64,000 nt of DNA from Bryobacterales bacterium (GTDB taxonomy: Bacteria > Acidobacteriota > Terriglobia > Bryobacterales > Bryobacteraceae), in NCBI GenBank assembly GCA_016789905.1, contig JAEUQC010000023.1, positions 2-64,001 on the forward strand. Reading direction: 5' to 3'. Shown piece after piece: positions 62,193-64,000 of this stretch (position 1 is the stretch's first letter; every line of letters starts with the position of its first letter). Below the pieces are notes generated by a model. It saw nothing but the letters and a program-made list of their open reading frames with translations, did no database searches and had not been told where the DNA came from. The position numbers were made by a program, and so were the translations under genes.

Positions 62193-63621
62193 TACGCCGG
62201 AGGTATTCTGGCTCTCCATCGGCGAGATTCACGCGAAGCTGGTGGCAAAGGAGTTTTCCTGCCAGGAGCTAACGAAGGCCTGGGTGGAACGGCTGGAGAA
62301 ACTGGGGCCCAAATACAATGCTCTGGCACTCAGCCTGCGCAAGCCGGCCATTTCGCGGGCGAAAGAGATAGACAAAGAGCTGAAGCGCGGCCGCACTCGC
62401 GGGCCGCTGCAGGGCGTGCCCTATGGCGCGAAGGACCTGTTGAGCTTCGGCGGCTATCCCACCGAGTGGGGTGCCAAGCCATTCGCCGGCCAAAAGTTCG
62501 GTGACCATGCCTTCGCTGTCAACAAACTCGACAAGGCCGGTGCCATCTGCGCCGGCAAACTGGGCATGGTGGAACTTGCCGGCGGCGGCGGCTACCGTTA
62601 CGCGGCGGCTTCGTCGACAGGCCCCGGGCTGAACCCTTGGGACACCGGACGTTGGGCAGGCGGATCTTCCAGCGGGTCGGGCGCGGCGGTGGCCGCCGGA
62701 CTCGTTGCCTATGCGCTCGGGTCGGAAACATGGGGTTCCATTGTGACTCCGGCCGCCTACTGCGGTGTTACCGGGCTGCGGCCGACCTACGGGTTGGTGA
62801 GCCGCACCGGTGCCATGGCGCTATCGTGGACGCTGGATAAGATTGGCCCCATGTGCCGCACGGCGGTGGACTGCGGGTACGTGCTGGCGGCGCTCGCCGG
62901 CGGGGATTCCGACGATCCTGGATCGGCTGGCAAGGGCTTCTATTACGCGCCCGAGTATGTAAAGACGAATAAGGATATTGTGATCGGCTATGCGCCTCGG
63001 GACCTGGAAGTGATCGCGGACCCGGCCGTAGTGAAGGTCTTCACCGATACTTACGCCCAATTCCGTGAAATGGGTTTTGTGATGAAGGAAGTGAGCTTGC
63101 CAGAAATGCCGTATGGCGCGGCGGCGAGCACGATTATCGCCTGCGAAGCCTCGTCGATTTTCGAAGAGCTCATTGCGTCCGGGAAGGTGAACGAACTGGC
63201 GGACCAGAACCAGATTCAAGGACTGAAGGCGTCTTTTGACTACACGGCGCGGGACTACTTAAAAGCCATGCGGGTACGATCGCTCGTGAAGGGTATGTTC
63301 CGAAAAGTGTTCGACGGCGTGGACGCACTCTTGGCGCCGAGCCGCATCAACATTGCCTCCCCCATAGGCGATGCGCTGGATAAAGCCACCGGAATTACGC
63401 GCGAAGGGGTCACGCTGCCAACGCGAGGTTTGCGCGACCTGAGCGCGGCGGGGAATCTGGCGGGCCTGCCGCTGCTTTCGATGCCTTGCGGATTCGTGAA
63501 TGAAATGCCGTTGGGAATCAGTGTAGTTTCGCGGCCGTTTATGGAGAATCTAGTTCTGGCGATGGGGCAGCGCTATCAGGAACGGACGGACTGGCACAAG
63601 CGCCGTCCGAGGGTGGACTAG
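62152..63621 (+). CDS. Amidase-signature family enzyme (GatA-like)
   Basis: Motifs are GVPYGAKDL and the amidase signature GGSSSGSGAAVAAG...GSETWGSIVTPAAYCG. The true N-terminus is unclear. ATG 62152 is the only ATG upstream of the conserved core. Confidence 0.85.
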   Translation: MRSLRSRPLPSKPNTPEVFWLSIGEIHAKLVAKEFSCQELTKAWVERLEKLGPKYNALALSLRKPAISRAKEIDKELKRGRTRGPLQGVPYGAKDLLSFGGYPTEWGAKPFAGQKFGDHAFAVNKLDKAGAICAGKLGMVELAGGGGYRYAAASSTGPGLNPWDTGRWAGGSSSGSGAAVAAGLVAYALGSETWGSIVTPAAYCGVTGLRPTYGLVSRTGAMALSWTLDKIGPMCRTAVDCGYVLAALAGGDSDDPGSAGKGFYYAPEYVKTNKDIVIGYAPRDLEVIADPAVVKVFTDTYAQFREMGFVMKEVSLPEMPYGAAASTIIACEASSIFEELIASGKVNELADQNQIQGLKASFDYTARDYLKAMRVRSLVKGMFRKVFDGVDALLAPSRINIASPIGDALDKATGITREGVTLPTRGLRDLSAAGNLAGLPLLSMPCGFVNEMPLGISVVSRPFMENLVLAMGQRYQERTDWHKRRPRVD

Positions 63622-63627
63622 TTAGCC

Positions 63628-64000
63628 ATGGAGACGTTACCGGACCTGCTCCGTTGGGGAATGTTCGCGTTGGCGATTGTTTCGGCGTTAACGGACCTGC
63701 GGGATCGCACGATCCCAAATTGGCTAACCATTCCAGTGACTCTATTTGCCTTCGGCGCGCGCTGGTACGTGGGCGGCTGGGAGATGCTGAAGGTCGGCCT
63801 CCTTGGTTTCGGCGTCGGGTTCGGCGTGTACTTTTTGTTCTTCCTGGTGGGTGGGCGCGGCGGCGGTGACGTGAAACTGATGGGCGCCTATGGGGCGTTG
63901 ATGGGGACGCTGAACTGGGTTGTGCTGGGTATCCTGGCGGGAATTCTCGCCGGGATAGTAGCGGTGATCATGATTTTCGTGAAAGGACGGTGGAAGCAGA
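63628..64000 (+). CDS. A24-family prepilin peptidase, CpaA/TadV-like (partial, runs off the window end)
   Basis: Absent from the ORF track because it has no stop in the window. From ATG 63628 the frame is open for 124 codons. It is polytopic, and the two catalytic Asp motifs are LTDLRDRTIPN and GGGDVKLMGA. Confidence 0.7.
   Translation, partial: METLPDLLRWGMFALAIVSALTDLRDRTIPNWLTIPVTLFAFGARWYVGGWEMLKVGLLGFGVGFGVYFLFFLVGGRGGGDVKLMGAYGALMGTLNWVVLGILAGILAGIVAVIMIFVKGRWKQ

Noticed and set aside
1-64000. Scan for tRNA/rRNA genes, CRISPR repeat arrays, IS elements, integrases, phage or defence-system genes
   Set aside because: I noticed no tRNA-like T-arm/acceptor patterns in the intergenic gaps and no regularly spaced direct repeats. 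No ORFs resemble a transposase, integrase, nuclease or helicase. This was done by eye only, so small or degenerate elements could be missed.

Overview
GC-rich chromosomal segment carrying about 50 tightly packed protein-coding genes. I found no rRNA, tRNA, CRISPR array, transposase or integrase. The gene families point to an Acidobacteriota-like, Solibacter-type organism; that assignment is inference only. Those families are two very large TonB-dependent receptors with carboxypeptidase-regulatory-like N-termini, a PSCyt/DUF1549/DUF1553 + DUF1501 pair, a PEGA protein, PQQ-like and YVTN/NHL propellers, and many Tat-type signal peptides.

Content from start to end:
- A PilG/PilH-like response-regulator operon.
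- A GntR-controlled divergent locus: gntR, an unknown protein with a DUF59-like tail and an NHL propeller on one side; a TonB-dependent receptor (TBDR) and a Tat-exported unknown protein on the other.
- A minus-strand run of GH38-like hydrolase, CadC-like regulator, membrane protein, YVTN propeller and serine hydrolase.
- Acetylxylan esterase and dienelactone hydrolase genes.
- A sulfatase - GT4 - PQQ propeller - YeiH transporter operon.
- A glycan-assembly cluster: three GT4 genes (one fused to a methyltransferase), DUF3108, an ABC-2/Wzm permease and an M23 peptidase.
- An LLM monooxygenase / FMN reductase / hydrolase operon.
- A second paralogue of the DUF59-tailed protein.
- An M50 + M20 peptidase pair.
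- A translationally coupled TBDR - PSCyt - DUF1501 module.
- An aroD-aroE fusion, an amidase with a detached signal-peptide ORF, and a partial prepilin peptidase.

The best candidates for undescribed biology are the TBDR-PSCyt-DUF1501 module, the duplicated ~590-aa protein with a degenerate DUF59 tail, and the ATPase-less Wzm permease that carries an extra N-terminal domain. All functional calls rest on motif recognition by eye. No database search was run.
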